From: Mobula hypostoma
Taxonomy: Eukaryota
Reading direction: 5' to 3'
Length of the DNA: 64,000 nucleotides
NCBI RefSeq assembly: GCF_963921235.1
Contig: NC_086109.1
Coordinates: 15,626,001 to 15,690,000 of the forward strand
Made by a program: the position numbers and the translations under genes. Positions 1 to 11,970 of this stretch are shown piece by piece (the first letter of the stretch is position 1; every line of letters starts with the position of its first letter). A model generated the notes under the pieces. That model worked only from the letters and a program-made list of their open reading frames with translations. It ran no database searches and had not been told where the DNA came from.

Positions 1-365
1 CAAGTGGTGCCAGATGGGTTGATTTGGTATCTCAGAAACTGCTGATCTTCTGGGATTTTCACACACAACAGTCTCTAGAGTTTACAGAGAATGGTGCAAA
101 AATATAAATAAAAGAGCAGCAGTTCTGTGGGAGAAAATGCTGTGGTAACGAGAGAGGTCAGAAGAGAATGACCAGAGTAGTGCAAGCTGACAGTAACTCA
201 AATAAGTTTGTGTTACAATAGTGGTATGCAGAAGAGCATCTCTGAGTACACACAAAACATTGAATGTTGAACTGGATGGGCTACAGCATCAGAAAACCAA
301 AGACCATATGCTCAGTGGCCACTTTATTAGGAACAAGAGGTACCTAATAAGGTGGCCACTGACTG
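1..365 (+). mobile_element. Non-autonomous Tc1/mariner derivative (family A), cut by the window start, ending in a two-TIR mini-hairpin
   Basis: Decayed transposase N-terminal sequence followed by ctcagtggccactttattagg...cctaataaggtggccactgactg then TA; homologous to copies at 34955, 45146 and 62070. Confidence 0.85.
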
Positions 366-1143
366 TAAATTACCCCTTGTGTGAGACTAAGCGTTAGGAT
401 GTTGAATGCATTTGATGAGTATGCACGCAAAAACAAAAAAATTACACTCTCACTCACCCTGTCCTCCCTTAACACATCTCCCCTAATCCCAGCCCTTCCC
501 TCACACCCCATCTCCACCCCAGCCCTCCCCACATATATACACCCCACAACCCAGCTGACTAACCCCCTCTGCCCCTCCCCTCATTCCAAACCTTCTCCAT
601 CTCCTGAACCAAGCCCTCCCCAATCCCTGCCCTTCTTCTTCCTGCAGTCTGAGTCATTCAAAGACCACCCTGAATCCAGGAGGTGACTCTTCTTGAAAGA
701 GTTCTATTAAGGGAAGTGACCACCTCCCTAGCCAGAGTCAGTAATCTAAAACCAATATAGTCAGGATGAACATAATCTAAAGTAAAGCAATAAACATTTG
801 TCAGACAGCATCTGTAAAGAGAAACAAAGGATAATGTTTCCGGTCATAACTTGTGCCATTGACCTGAAATTGTACCTCTATCCTTCTGCCTCGATGGATG
901 TTTCCCAACTTAATAAATAGTTCCTGTTTTAATCTGGAAAAGGCCCAGCTCTTGTTTAAATCGGCCTGGTAGAGACATGAGGCATGCAAACTAGTAAGAG
1001 CTCATTCTGAATCCTTAACCGGGCTCAAAAATCTGATGCTTATTAAGTTTTGTGATCTGTCTTTATCCTTGGGCTGAAGGCAGATCATTGATTAGGAATT
1101 CAGTACTTAGACTTGGTGACAATGTAAATATGAAGATATAGTT

Positions 1144-1410
1144 GGGCAGCCTAGTAGCATAGCCATTAAGGCGGTTGCTTTCCTGCACTAGCAATCACTG
1201 TTTCGGGTTCGATTCCCGCTGTTACCCCTCATCCTCCCCGTGCACGTGTGAGTTTCCTCCCCCTTCCATAGATGTACAGGTTAGGGTCAGTGAGATGTGG
1301 GTGTGCTATGTTGCGACACTTGCGGGCTGCCACCAACACAATCCTCGGATGCAGAACAATGCATTTCAGTGTATGCTTTGACGTACATGTGACAAATAAA
1401 GTTAATAAAG
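1144..1410 (+). mobile_element. tRNA-derived SINE (V-SINE-like) with LINE-derived tail
   Basis: A-box-like tagcatagcc, B-box gggttcgattccc, central cctccccgtg..gtgagtttcctcc motif, tail gtacatgtgacaaataaa. Confidence 0.75.
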
Positions 1411-2473
1411 TTGCAGGGTATGGTAGCACAGTGAGAGTCATCATTCCTGTGCTTGATCACTGCCATCCGTGCTGTCAACGGGGAAGCTACAACAGGATTA
1501 CCATTCACCGTCTGCATTCAGAAGTAGCCCTCTGAGGAATATGCCAAGGATGATTTCTTCAGGATGAGGGATATGCAAGGAGAATTGGAAATTCCCTCAT
1601 GCACTTTCATGAGTAACTCCTCCTTTCAGGTTAAGTGCACATCGATAAAAGGTGAAAGGCTTTCCCTTGTATCAGTAAGAGTCTGAATCAAGCTTTTCAG
1701 TGCATCATCCTGACATTTTCAGTTTCTGCATCAAATGTGCTAACATTATCCCTGAGAGATCCTGCACATGATGCCGCATTGATTGATATTTAATTAACAG
1801 CTGTATCCTGTGAATTCATGCCCATTACTAATTTGGTGAGGACTACTAAAAGTTATATTGTTCAAGTCATATTGTGAGCCAACGTCAATCCCATCTGGTT
1901 AACCACAAATGGAATACAAATTTCTAGATGAACTCATTTTACCAGCATGTTCATCTCTTGACTATTTATGACTAAAGTAGATATTTAAAAATATGCTTGC
2001 TTAATTTTCTCCAGAATACTTGAACAGAAAGAAAAAAAACATGGAATTCATAGCACTTACATTCTCTAAAAGTGCCAATGATGTTTTTTTTCAAGTGCAG
2101 ACATTATGGTAACATTGGATGCTTGGCAGTCATTTTGTATAAATCTTGCAAATAACATTGAGCCCAATGCCTAAGTAATTTTGGTGATGCTGGCTGAGAA
2201 TTAAGTCAGGGCTCTCCACTTGCTTGTCTCGAATGGTGCATTGAGATTTTTCTTAGGACAATTCTGGGAGAGCGCAGATGAGGTATGGAGTGTAAGTCTT
2301 AAAAACAGACTTTCTCCATTGCAGAACCTCCTTCAATAAATGCACTAAAAGTGTCAGAAGTTGGCTTTGATGGAGTTGGCACATCCCAGCAATATTCTGA
2401 GGTGAGGAAATTGGATCTTCCTCCAAAATGGGAAATCACCACATACATTGCAGTTAAATGTTTACCTCCAGGG

Positions 2474-2553
2474 CAGGGGATCCCAAGCTTTTTCATGCCA
2501 TGAACCAATATCATTAAGCAATGGGTCCATGGTCCTCAGGTTGGGAAATCCTG
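2474..2553. mobile_element. 80-bp hAT/Charlie-like MITE
   Basis: Termini caggggatcccaa / ttgggaaatcctg; same family as 28961-29040 in opposite orientation. Confidence 0.7.
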
Positions 2554-2886
2554 TTCTTGGGTGTTCTGCAGATGGAACATGTTTAAGAACAGCCCATTGA
2601 GACTAGTTTTACTTTTAAATCAGTAATTGTTTTCAACAACAGGTTTGAATTTCCTCTTTAAGAATCCCAATGTAAAAAGTTCCACCTAGATGCATGGAAT
2701 TTCTTCCTTGTCCATACTGAGGTGAAAGATGGAATGAGGCACAGAGAATGTCAATGATTTTTTTCCAATTTTGAAATTTTAATGCATTACCATCATAAGG
2801 TATTGATTAATTATACCATTTTTCCTCATCTCTAGACAGCACTGCCCCTTGATTGTTCTCTGCAGTGTGGCTTATATTGTACACCT

Positions 2887-3182
2887 ACATCCATCTATTT
2901 GGGTGAGATACATCTCCACCAAAGGAAGTGTAAGGCACTCCTTCCCTCCCCTAGCCTGTAGGTTGTATGAGCAGCTGCTACATATCACAAATCCTGGTTT
3001 TGTGACCACTGGCACCAGGCAGAAAATCTCTGAAGAGCATTGATAATGGCTGGGGTCACCCATGTTGTAAAGACACTGCCCAGAAGAAGACAAAAGCAAA
3101 CCGCTTCTATAGAAAAATTTGCCAAGAACAATCACGGCCATGGATAAGCCCATGATCACCCATACTATTGACACAGTCAAAG
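2887..3182 (+). mobile_element. RTE-derived short retroposon, internally deleted copy
   Basis: Collinear with 21697-22100 (gagcagctg..catatcacaa..aaagacactgcccagaagaag..aaaatttgccaagaacaatca) but missing part of the 5' region. Confidence 0.7.
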
Positions 3183-3566
3183 ATGACTCCCAAAATAAAA
3201 GCAGGATCAAAGACCTTGCTTCCTCATTTTACAGCAACTTACTGTGGTGTTCATTTCTATAAATCATTTCTATGGCTGTAATAACTTAAACTCAAATGCA
3301 GAATAAGTCAATTACTAAATCAGATGCCTTTTGTATTTTATCATTTAAATAATTGAACCTGCTTTTGAACAGCAAGAAGCTAATGGCTTTTTACTCAATA
3401 AAGGTTAATAATATAGCAACACTGAGGGAAGACTATTTCCATAATGGTAGCCAATAAAATACATTTCCTTTCTTGAGATATTTACCCAGGCTTTAACTCA
3501 TTCTTCTTCATACCTCTGTTTTCCCCAAGTTTTGTGCCTTCAGTTTGTTTCACCCTGATTTTAGAT

Positions 3567-3634
3567 CAGAGATTCCCAGCCTTGGGTTCATGGACCCCTC
3601 TATTAATGGTTGGGGACCCATGTTTTAAACACTG
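3567..3634. mobile_element. Degenerate hAT/Charlie-like MITE copy
   Basis: cagagattcccagccttgggttcatggacccc matches the left half of 28961-29040; ends in actg. Confidence 0.55.
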
Positions 3635-4149
3635 CTTCCATAAGGCCAAGTGTCTGCTATACCTGCTAGATACTCTCCACTTTAACCTAATTTGACGTGT
3701 TCATTTTGAATGTTCTTCTGATGCTTGGTCTTTTTCTGCGTTCTTTCCAGAAGCTCTTTTCAGTGCCGTGTCCACCAATTTTGACTGTGGTTGTAGAAGT
3801 GTTATGTCCACCAGTCTTGATTGTGGTTATAGAATTCTCATCCTAGTTTTCAAATTAATTGTAATTGTAATCTTCATTGTAATCTCATCTCTCCCTTTCT
3901 GACAATCCTCCAAGATATGTATGTACCGATGAAGCATTGCAGACTTGAAATATCGACTTTCCACAGATACCACCCAACTCCCTGTGCTTTTGTTTCCCAG
4001 GGATTTTCTGATTTTGTTTATGAATTCACAGTTGTGTTGACAGCAATGCCTATTTCCTCAACAGTCTATTTCACAATAAACAACCCACAACAGTCCACAG
4101 AGTCTAGATAAATTTTTTACAAAATAGAAATGGTACTCTAGTCCTGTCT

Positions 4150-4471
4150 AACCATGGACTTTTTACTCTCCTCCCATCCGGTAAGCGCTACAGGAGCCTC
4201 CGTTCCTGTACCAGCAGGCACAGGAAGATCTTCTTCCCTGAGGCTGTGACACTGCTGAACCTCTCATCACAGCGCTAAGCAGTATTGCATCCGTATTGTA
4301 CTGTCTCAGTACTTTTATATTTGCGTGCTGTAGCACTTTTTTTATTCGCAGTTATTTTGTGAATCACATTATTCTTTGCATTTCTGGTCAGATGCTAAAT
4401 GCATTTCATTGGCTTTGTATCTGTACTCAGAACAATGACAATAAAGTTGAATCTAATCTAATCTAATCTAA
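4150..4471 (+). mobile_element. Rex1/Babar-type LINE 3' fragment with (ATCTA)n tail
   Basis: Translates GLFTLLPSGKRYRSLRSCTSRHRKIFFPEAVTLLN (Rex1-type C-terminus); ends aatgacaataaagttgaatctaatctaatctaatcta. Confidence 0.75.
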
Positions 4472-4574
4472 GTCTTTTAATAAAAGTGGTTGATTTCTCC
4501 AGTAAATACAAAGGGGATGGTTTTATTTATCAGTAAAATTCTGCTATAGCTTACTATAGTGAAGGCACGAATAT

Positions 4575-4940
4575 TGATTTCTCCTTCTGGTAATTGTTTT
4601 CCCCTTCCCCCTCTCCTCTTCTATTCCCCATTCTGGCCTCTTACCTCTTCTCACCTGACTATTAACTCTCCCTGGGTCCCCTCCTCCCTCCTTTTCTTCT
4701 GTAGTCCACTCTCCTCTGCAATCAGATTCCTTCCTCTCCAGCCATTATCCTCTTTCTCCTCTCCTCACCTTTTTATCCTGGCATTTTCCCTCATTCATCT
4801 CCAGTCCTGATGAAGGGCCTTGGCCCGAGACTTCAACAATCTATTCATTTCCTTATATGCTGCCTTACCTGCTGTGAGTACCTCCAGCATTTTGTGTGTG
4901 TTGCTTTGGATTTCCAGCACCTACAGACTTTCTCATACTT
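4575..4940 (+). mobile_element. Penelope-like element 3'/pLTR remnant with degenerate hammerhead
   Basis: Pyrimidine-rich tract then cagtcctgatgaagggccttggcccgagac and the family motif ctgctg..cctccagcattttgtgtgtgttgc. Confidence 0.7.
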
Positions 4941-5081
4941 ATGATTAACTGCTGTGTTCTCTGCAGAAGTGTCTGAGGGGAAGAATTATCCAGTAACTTC
5001 CTTTGTAGCAAGAAGCTGTCCTGGTCATTTACCACATGATTCTCCTCCATAAACACGAGGTTCTGAAGATGCTGGGAATCC

Positions 5082-5300
5082 AGGCATCTGTTAGTCTTGC
5101 GAGACCATGGATCTGAGCCTGGAAAGTCTTCACTCTCCAGGGCACAGGCCTGGGCAAGGTTGTATGGAAGACCAGCAGTTGCCCATGCTCTCGAGTCTCC
5201 CCTCTCTACGACACCGATGTTGTCCAAGGGAACGGCAAGGGCCAATACAGCTTGGCACCAGTGTCGTCGCAGAGCACTGTGTGGTTAAGTGCCTCGCTTA
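5082..5300 (-). mobile_element. SINE fragment with RTE-type 3' end
   Basis: Minus strand: gaggcacttaaccacac SINE-body motif ... ccatggtctcgcaagactaacagatgcct; 3' module similar to 10800-10925. Confidence 0.6.
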
Positions 5301-6020
5301 AGAATCCAGAGTAACACACAAAATATTGGAGGAATTCAGCAGGCCAGGCAGCATCTATGGAGAGGAATAAGGCTGACACCCTTCATCAGGACTGAGTTCC
5401 TTCAGTGTTTTGTGTATGCATTTCTCCTCCACACTAAAAAGTTCAAAATTGAGAGTTCACAGTAAAACTGGTGCACCTGGAAGAAAACCACACAATAACA
5501 ATGAGAACATCCAAACTCCTTAAAGGCAGTGGTGGAAATTCGACCCCACTTGTTGATCACCGATTAGTGCTGTAAAGTGTTGTGCTAGCCGCTACCATAC
5601 CATGCCTTTAGCGCAGTAAGAGCATTATAAGATTTATGCTCTTATCTGTCACTTCCTTGCTGCTTGAAGATTCAGCCAAATGCTTTAGCTTTGAAGAACT
5701 GCCTGTGGGCCATAGAATCCTACAGCACACTACATCCACAGTATTCAAAGTATCAAACTTAAAGTAAAATTTTATTATCAGGGTACAAACATTTCACCAC
5801 ATACAACCCTGAGATTCTTTTTCTGGGGGCATACTTGGCAAATCTATAGAACAGTAACTGTAAACAGAATCAATGCACAACAAGCTGTGCAAGTGCAGAT
5901 ATAAATAAATAGCAATAACTAACAAGCATGAAATAACAAGATAAAGATTCCTTAAAGCGAGACCATCAATTGTGGGAACACCAGAAGTAAAATCCCCTTT
6001 AGTTCAAGAGCCTGATGGTT

Positions 6021-7318
6021 AAGTCAAGTCAAATTTATTTATAAAGCACATTTAAAAAACAACCCATGTTGACCAAAGTGCTGTACAAACCATAACAGGT
6101 AGCTAAAATCATAGATACAAGAAACACAAATATAAACAACAAGGCACACAACTTATAGGCACAAAATAAACAACACATGAGCCTAGGCACAAGCCAAAAA
6201 TCAGCCACATCAGGAAGATTCAAACGCTAGTGAATAAAGGTAAGTTTTGAGCCTGGACTTAAAAGAGTCAGTGGAGGGGGCAGATCTGATAAGGAGGGGA
6301 ACGCTGTTCCACAGTCTAGGGGCTACAACAGCAAAGGCACGGTCACCCCTGAACTTAAATTTAGATCGCGGGACAGCCAGGAGCCCCAAGTCAGCCAACC
6401 TGAGGGACCTGGAAGTAGAATAAGGGGTTAGAAGGTCTGCGATATAGGAGGGGACCAGCCCATTTAGGGCTTTATAAACAAACAGGAGAACCTTAAAATC
6501 AATTCTAAACCATACTGGCAGCCAATGGAGAGAGGCCAGGATAGGAGTAATATTGTCCCTCTTCCGGGCACCTAGCAGGAGCCTGGCTGCGGTGTTCTGG
6601 ACCAGTTGCAGGTGGGACAGTATGCAGGGAATTGGAGTAGTCCAAGTGGGAGGATATAAGGGCGTGGATGACTTTCTCGAGATCTTTGAAAGAAAAAAAT
6701 GACTTGATTTTAGCAATAGTATGAAGCGGAAAAAACTGGCTTTTACTGCTGCATCAACTTTCCTGTCAAACTTAAAGGCGGAATCAAATATCACACCAAG
6801 GTTTTTGACACAGGGTTTGACAAGGGTGGACAAGTTACCAAGACTGTTGGTAATCACTTCGATGGAGTCAGAGGGACCAAATAGGACAACTTCAGACTTG
6901 CCTTCATTCAGCTGCAGGAAGTTTTGTGCCATCCAAAACTTTATGTCCTCAAGGAAGTTCATGAGGCTGCCTAGGTTTGACTGGTCGTTTGGTTTCAAGG
7001 GGAGATAAAGCCCTGTGTCATCAGCATAACAATGGAAGGAAATGCGTGTTTTTGAATGATTTGGCCGAGGGGTAGCGTGTATATAGAGAAAAGAATGGGA
7101 CCTAGGGTGGAATCTTGTGGGACCCCGCAGGAGAAACTAGCCGGAGAAGAGGAAAATTTGCCTATGTTGACGGAGAAGCTTCTATTTTTGAGGTAGGATG
7201 TGAACCAGTTCAAGGCAGTGCCGTCAACACGAACCCCATACTGGAGACGGTCTATTAAAATGGCATGATCGACAGTATCAAATGCTGCGGTGAAGTCAAG
7301 AAGAATTAGGATGGCAGA
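6021..7318 (-). mobile_element. L2-clade LINE, 5'-truncated, frameshifted ORF2 (RT and C-terminal domain)
   Basis: LDFTAAFDTVDH, GVPQDSTLGP, out-of-frame YADD, LHWLPV, GDRAF; L2-type 3' stem gtacagcacttt...aatgtgcttta with (GACTT)n tail; splits an older Rex1-type tail spanning about 5745-7490. Confidence 0.92.
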
Positions 7319-8261
7319 GTTGAGGGGTAGTAACTGTTCTTGACCCTGGTGGTGTGAGTCCTGAGGCACTTTTACCTTCTACCTGATGGCAGCAGTGGGA
7401 AAAGAGCATGGCCTGGGTGATGAGGATCTTTGATGATGGATGCTGCTTTTCTATGGCAATGTTTTATGTAGGTGTGCTCTATGGTTGGGAGTGACTTGGC
7501 TTAAGGCTAACGGTTCCAACATAGACTACATGTATTTACAAAGTAATATTTTTCTCGTGCTGCATCGGATCAGTGTAGTATTTATTTTGTTCTCCTTTAC
7601 GCTTGTGTTCTGGAGATGGCATTAAATAAACTTGAATCTTGAATCACCAATTAGGCTTCAAGAACACAATTCCTTTGATAGAATATGCTTTTCAAATTCA
7701 CATGTTACATATTTTGCAACTAATCACTTTTCCCCAGTCATCCATGTCTGTATTTCTTGTCAGAAATACAATGTTGTTAAATCAGTATGAACTAATTATT
7801 GCATTCCTAATTGATGATAATGCAACTTCCTTGGGCTATTGGGCTCAGAAGCTTTTCCAGGCAATGATTCTCCAATTCATTACTTAAGCATTCGCTATTT
7901 GTGAAATGAACAGAATCAGTGAGATAAGTAAAAAAACAGTTTAGCATTAGGATGGATGGGACAACCTCAGGCTGCAAGAGAATTATAAACCTATTCTTCT
8001 GATTCAGATTAATTTATTGTCAGATACACCAGGGTGCAGTGAAATTCCTTGCTTGCATGAAGCTCGCAGAGTATACAGGATGCATAGTTGCAATAACTAC
8101 AGCAATAAATACAGTGGCGAGTATAAAAGTAGCAGGATGGTGCAAAGGTAGTAGTGCCACTGGAGAAATACTACAGTGGCAATAATGGAATAACCAAGAG
8201 AGGAAGAATTAAATGTTTGAGAACGTGACAGTACCACTGGGTAGGGGAGGTGAAAGAGGTG

Positions 8262-8680
8262 CAACACTGACAAAGTGCTGGAAGAACTCAACAGGTCAGG
8301 CAGCATCCATGGTGGGGATTAAACAACCAATGTTTCTGTCCAGGACCCTCCATCAGGACTGGAAAGGAAGGGCGGGTGGGGGGGGGGGCAGAAGGCAGAA
8401 TATGAAGGTGGGGGAAATGGAAGGAGTACAGGCTGGCAATAAATGGGTGGGGTGTGTGAGGAAGCGGGGATGAAGTAAGAAGCTGGGAGTTGGAAGAGGT
8501 AAAGGGCTGAAGAAGGAAAACTGCTCACGCCATAGCTGTGAGACAGATACTCTGCGTGGGAGAATACATCCAAATCTGCAGTGTGTGAAAGAAGATGACA
8601 ATGTAAAACTCATGACCCACTGAGTTCTTCCAGCATTATGTTTTTGCTCCTTATTCCAGCAATTCAGACACTTCTGTTCA
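8262..8680. mobile_element. Penelope-like remnant with inverted terminal segment
   Basis: Minus-strand pLTR-like unit from 8262 with mutated hammerhead (ctgatgg), and a plus-strand terminal copy ctgagttcttccagcatt at about 8620-8680. Confidence 0.65.
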
Positions 8681-10401
8681 CAAGTAGAACTTGTTAGAGT
8701 AACCGTATCTCCTCTCCTGGAACTTGTTCTCTGTATGCCTCAAAGGCAAAGTTTAGCTGTTGCTGAATGTATTATGTTTTGTGTTTTTTTATAGGATAAA
8801 AGTCAGTGAGAATACTGTCCAACACAGTTGGTGAACACAACCACTCTGCAGGTTACGTGACCACAGGACTCCTTTGTCTTATCATTCTGGCTTCAGTCCC
8901 CTTCAGCAAAGTGTGCACATTGCTCTAAAACTAGCTGTTACTATTTAAAAATAAGATGTTACCTGTTCAAAGCAGCAGCGTAACAATGTTTTTTCCCTCT
9001 CAGATATTTGAGATTCTTTGAAACTGTCTCCCTTAAAGGATGTTGAAAATTTAGGGTTATTTTTTAAGGCAGAGGTGAGCAACACAGTGAAGGTTACGCG
9101 AGCTGGAGAGCAAAGGCAGGTCAGCCATGACAGGTGGAGCAGGACACAAAGGCAAGTGATTTCCACCTCTTCCTAATTCATACAGTTGTATGGCATTCTG
9201 ATGCTTTCAAAACATCAGAATGTAAGTTGTACTTGAAAGTAAGTTGGACTCTTTTCCAAGTTAAACCTCCCCCCCACCCCTTGTTCTTATGCATAGAGCA
9301 AGAGAATTACTGTACTCCGGAATCCACAATTTCCCACTTAGCTCTCACCAGAGCCAAGGTAGGTTGTCCACCTAATCCATCTTAAGCTACTGTTTCAGCA
9401 CTGGAAACCGTTGAACAAATCAATCAATACCACAAGAAACAAAAAAAAGGCACCAAGTATTCAGGGTTTAAATGGTTACATTATTAGACTAATTTGCATA
9501 AACTTGCATTAATTTGGAAGATAGAGAGATGATTCAGTCAAGGATTTTCAAATAATTGAAAGCATATGGAGCAGCACTATGGGGCTTATGTCAGGGCTTA
9601 GTCATTCAGGAAAAATCAACATACGTTGCTTTAAACAAAAGAGTAATAGAAACTAAGAACCTTCTGCCACGTGTAAAAAGGAGAATATGAATGATTGGGC
9701 ATTGTCTTGGGATTTTGAGGTGAAAACAAGCAGATTATACTGACATGCAATTAACCCATAGAATACTGGAGTTGGTTTAGAGGCTGAGAGTGCCCTACTC
9801 CACTTTCCAAGTTCCTATTAACTCCTATTTTATTTAAAGGTTTGCAAGAATTGATAATCTAGGACGTTAAATGTTTTATTTTTCAGTAGAGACTTAGGTG
9901 TAAGTTTCCAGAGGGGACTTTATTCATAGTCATAATGAGGAATCCTTGGAACAAGGTTGTACAGATACAGTCCTCTCTCACTTCGGACTGGAGCTAGACA
10001 TCTTCTAAAAATAGATCTTCATTGGCTAACTGATTAAGTAATGGTAATATCATCACTACTATTGGAGCAGTAATCGAAATGGGTCAGTCATAATGGCAAG
10101 GTCAGGTATAAATCAGGAACCCAATGTAAAGCTGCCTGCTTGTGCAATTGATCAGGTAAATGTCTACCCTAACATTTGGTTTCACTTTTTAGCTCCTGGG
10201 GAATGAGTTCAAGAGTTGTGAGGCAATATTACAATTCCACTAAGGTTTGGTTGTGTCTTTGATATTTCAATAATATTTTAGTAATCTTGTATATAGAAAT
10301 ATTGGTTGAGTAAGCAATCTTGTCCATTTAAATAATTCATTGCAGGTTATATGTAAGAATACATTAATTGCATATAACAATATTCCGTAAGGTTGTTATA
10401 G

Positions 10402-10935
10402 CCGGGGGTGGAAATGGGGACAAGCTCTCACTATCTATTAAATGCTCCCAATGGTGTGCACCTCAAATAGCCTCTGACAACCAAGTCCAGATCCTTGCCT
10501 TCACATGTAGCTTAGCCACTAAGCCTGGCAGAACCGTCTCTGCTGACAGGAGAAGGGACAAAGGCAGGTTACTAGTGCCTTAAAACCAGTCCTTTCCGGC
10601 AGATGGGGCTCGTCAGCTGTGGTTGGCAGCTCACCTAGGGGAAGGAAAGCTCTGATCTCAAGCCTCTACTGCCTTGTGGCTATACCCACTTGAGGGGAAA
10701 GCTTTGGGAGTAAACCCTGAGGGAAAAGTCCGGATCTGGAGTCCCTAAATCAGGCCTACATTGAGTTCAATGCTGACTGGTGTTGCTCTAGGTTCATCAG
10801 ATGCGTGGAGAGGGGGAGCTTGCTACCTGGGCAACAGCTTGCTCTCCATATCGTACTGTCCAAGCTTGCGTAACTAGACAAATAGGATGCAATATCCATG
10901 GTTAACTCTGACCGACGGAGGCCCTCACCCTCACC
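10402..10935 (+). mobile_element. Non-autonomous RTE-related retroposon (5'UTR-like head fused to RTE-type 3' end)
   Basis: GC-richer non-coding 530-bp unit with ggagaaggaaaactc-like motif (ggggaaggaaagctc), 3' end ccatgg..gaccgacggaggcc and short (CTCACC) tail. Confidence 0.6.
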
Positions 10936-11054
10936 GCAGAAAACATTACACTACCACATGATATGAATGCGCTTCGCTCAAAATAAAGACGAAGTTACAC
11001 CTACATTCATGGACTCCCCTGTCTCTCTTTGAACTAGTTTATTACTCTGGAGTT

Positions 11055-11645
11055 ACAGAACATAACAACTCTGGTTGGACCACTCTTGGAAAATTCTGCT
11101 CAGTTCAGATAACCTCATTATAAGAAGGAAGTGGAAGCTTTAGAGAAGGTGCAGAGGAGATTTAACAGAATGTTTTGAAGGGCTGAAAGGCCTAATTCTG
11201 TATATAACCAATGAGGACATGTCTTATGAGGAAAGGTTGAGTGAGTTAGCACATTCATCTTTGGCGGGAAAGAAGATGAGAGGTGACTTAATAGAGGTGT
11301 ATAGATAATAAGAGGCATGGATCCAGTGGACAGCCAGTGCCTCTTTCCCAGAGTGGAAATGGCCAATACTGGAGGATGTCATTTTAAGGTGAGTAGAAGA
11401 AATTTCAAGGGAGATGTCATATACTTACATGGAGAGTGGAAAGTGCCTGGAACCCAGTGCTGGAAGTGGTAAGATGTTGATGTATTAGGGTCATTTAAGA
11501 GCCTCATGGATGAAAAAAAATGGAGGGTTATGGACTACATTGGAAGAAACGGTTAGATTGACCAGGGAGTAGGTTAAAAGTTCAGCACAGCATTGTGGGC
11601 CAAAAGGGTCCATACTGTGTAATACTGTTCTAGGTTCTATGTTCC
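11055..11645 (+). mobile_element. Old CR1 LINE 3' fragment
   Basis: Decayed LEKVQRRF/RGDLIEVY coding sequence and tail gttctaggttctatgtt. Confidence 0.8.
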
Positions 11646-11970
11646 TCTGCTGCCTTGTGGCACCTGCCCAGGCCTTATAACAATGCACGCGGGGATTTTA
11701 ATTGGTATAAACTCTTTTGTCAAAGACTTGCTGCCATGAGAGAGCTTTGTGTACATGAACATTCCACTGACATAAATACTTTGATCCTTCCATTTGCTTC
11801 CAGCAGCTTCACTGGAAGACTTGGAGAAAGAGTTTAAGCCCACTTTTGCTGTGGGGCAGAAGAAAGCCACGCTACATAAACTCTCTTCCACAAATGCAGA
11901 TGCTGTAAACTACGCAAAAAATGGAATGTGAACCTTTAAAGTAGGATTGAGCTGTGTTCGTGAACATACC

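Noticed and set aside
1144..1225. tRNA gene
   Set aside because: A/B boxes run straight into a SINE body and no cloverleaf is evident
3769..3834. 36-bp direct repeat pair resembling CRISPR repeats
   Set aside because: Only two adjacent diverged units, no spacers or cas genes, eukaryotic context; a simple tandem duplication
6995..7369. 124-aa ORF as a gene
   Set aside because: Chimeric read-through: the N-terminus comes from the host Rex1-type tail and the rest from the inserted L2 RT
8784..8836. Possible exon after a polypyrimidine tract and AG
   Set aside because: Short, no recognisable protein and no partner exons; such splice-like motifs are expected by chance
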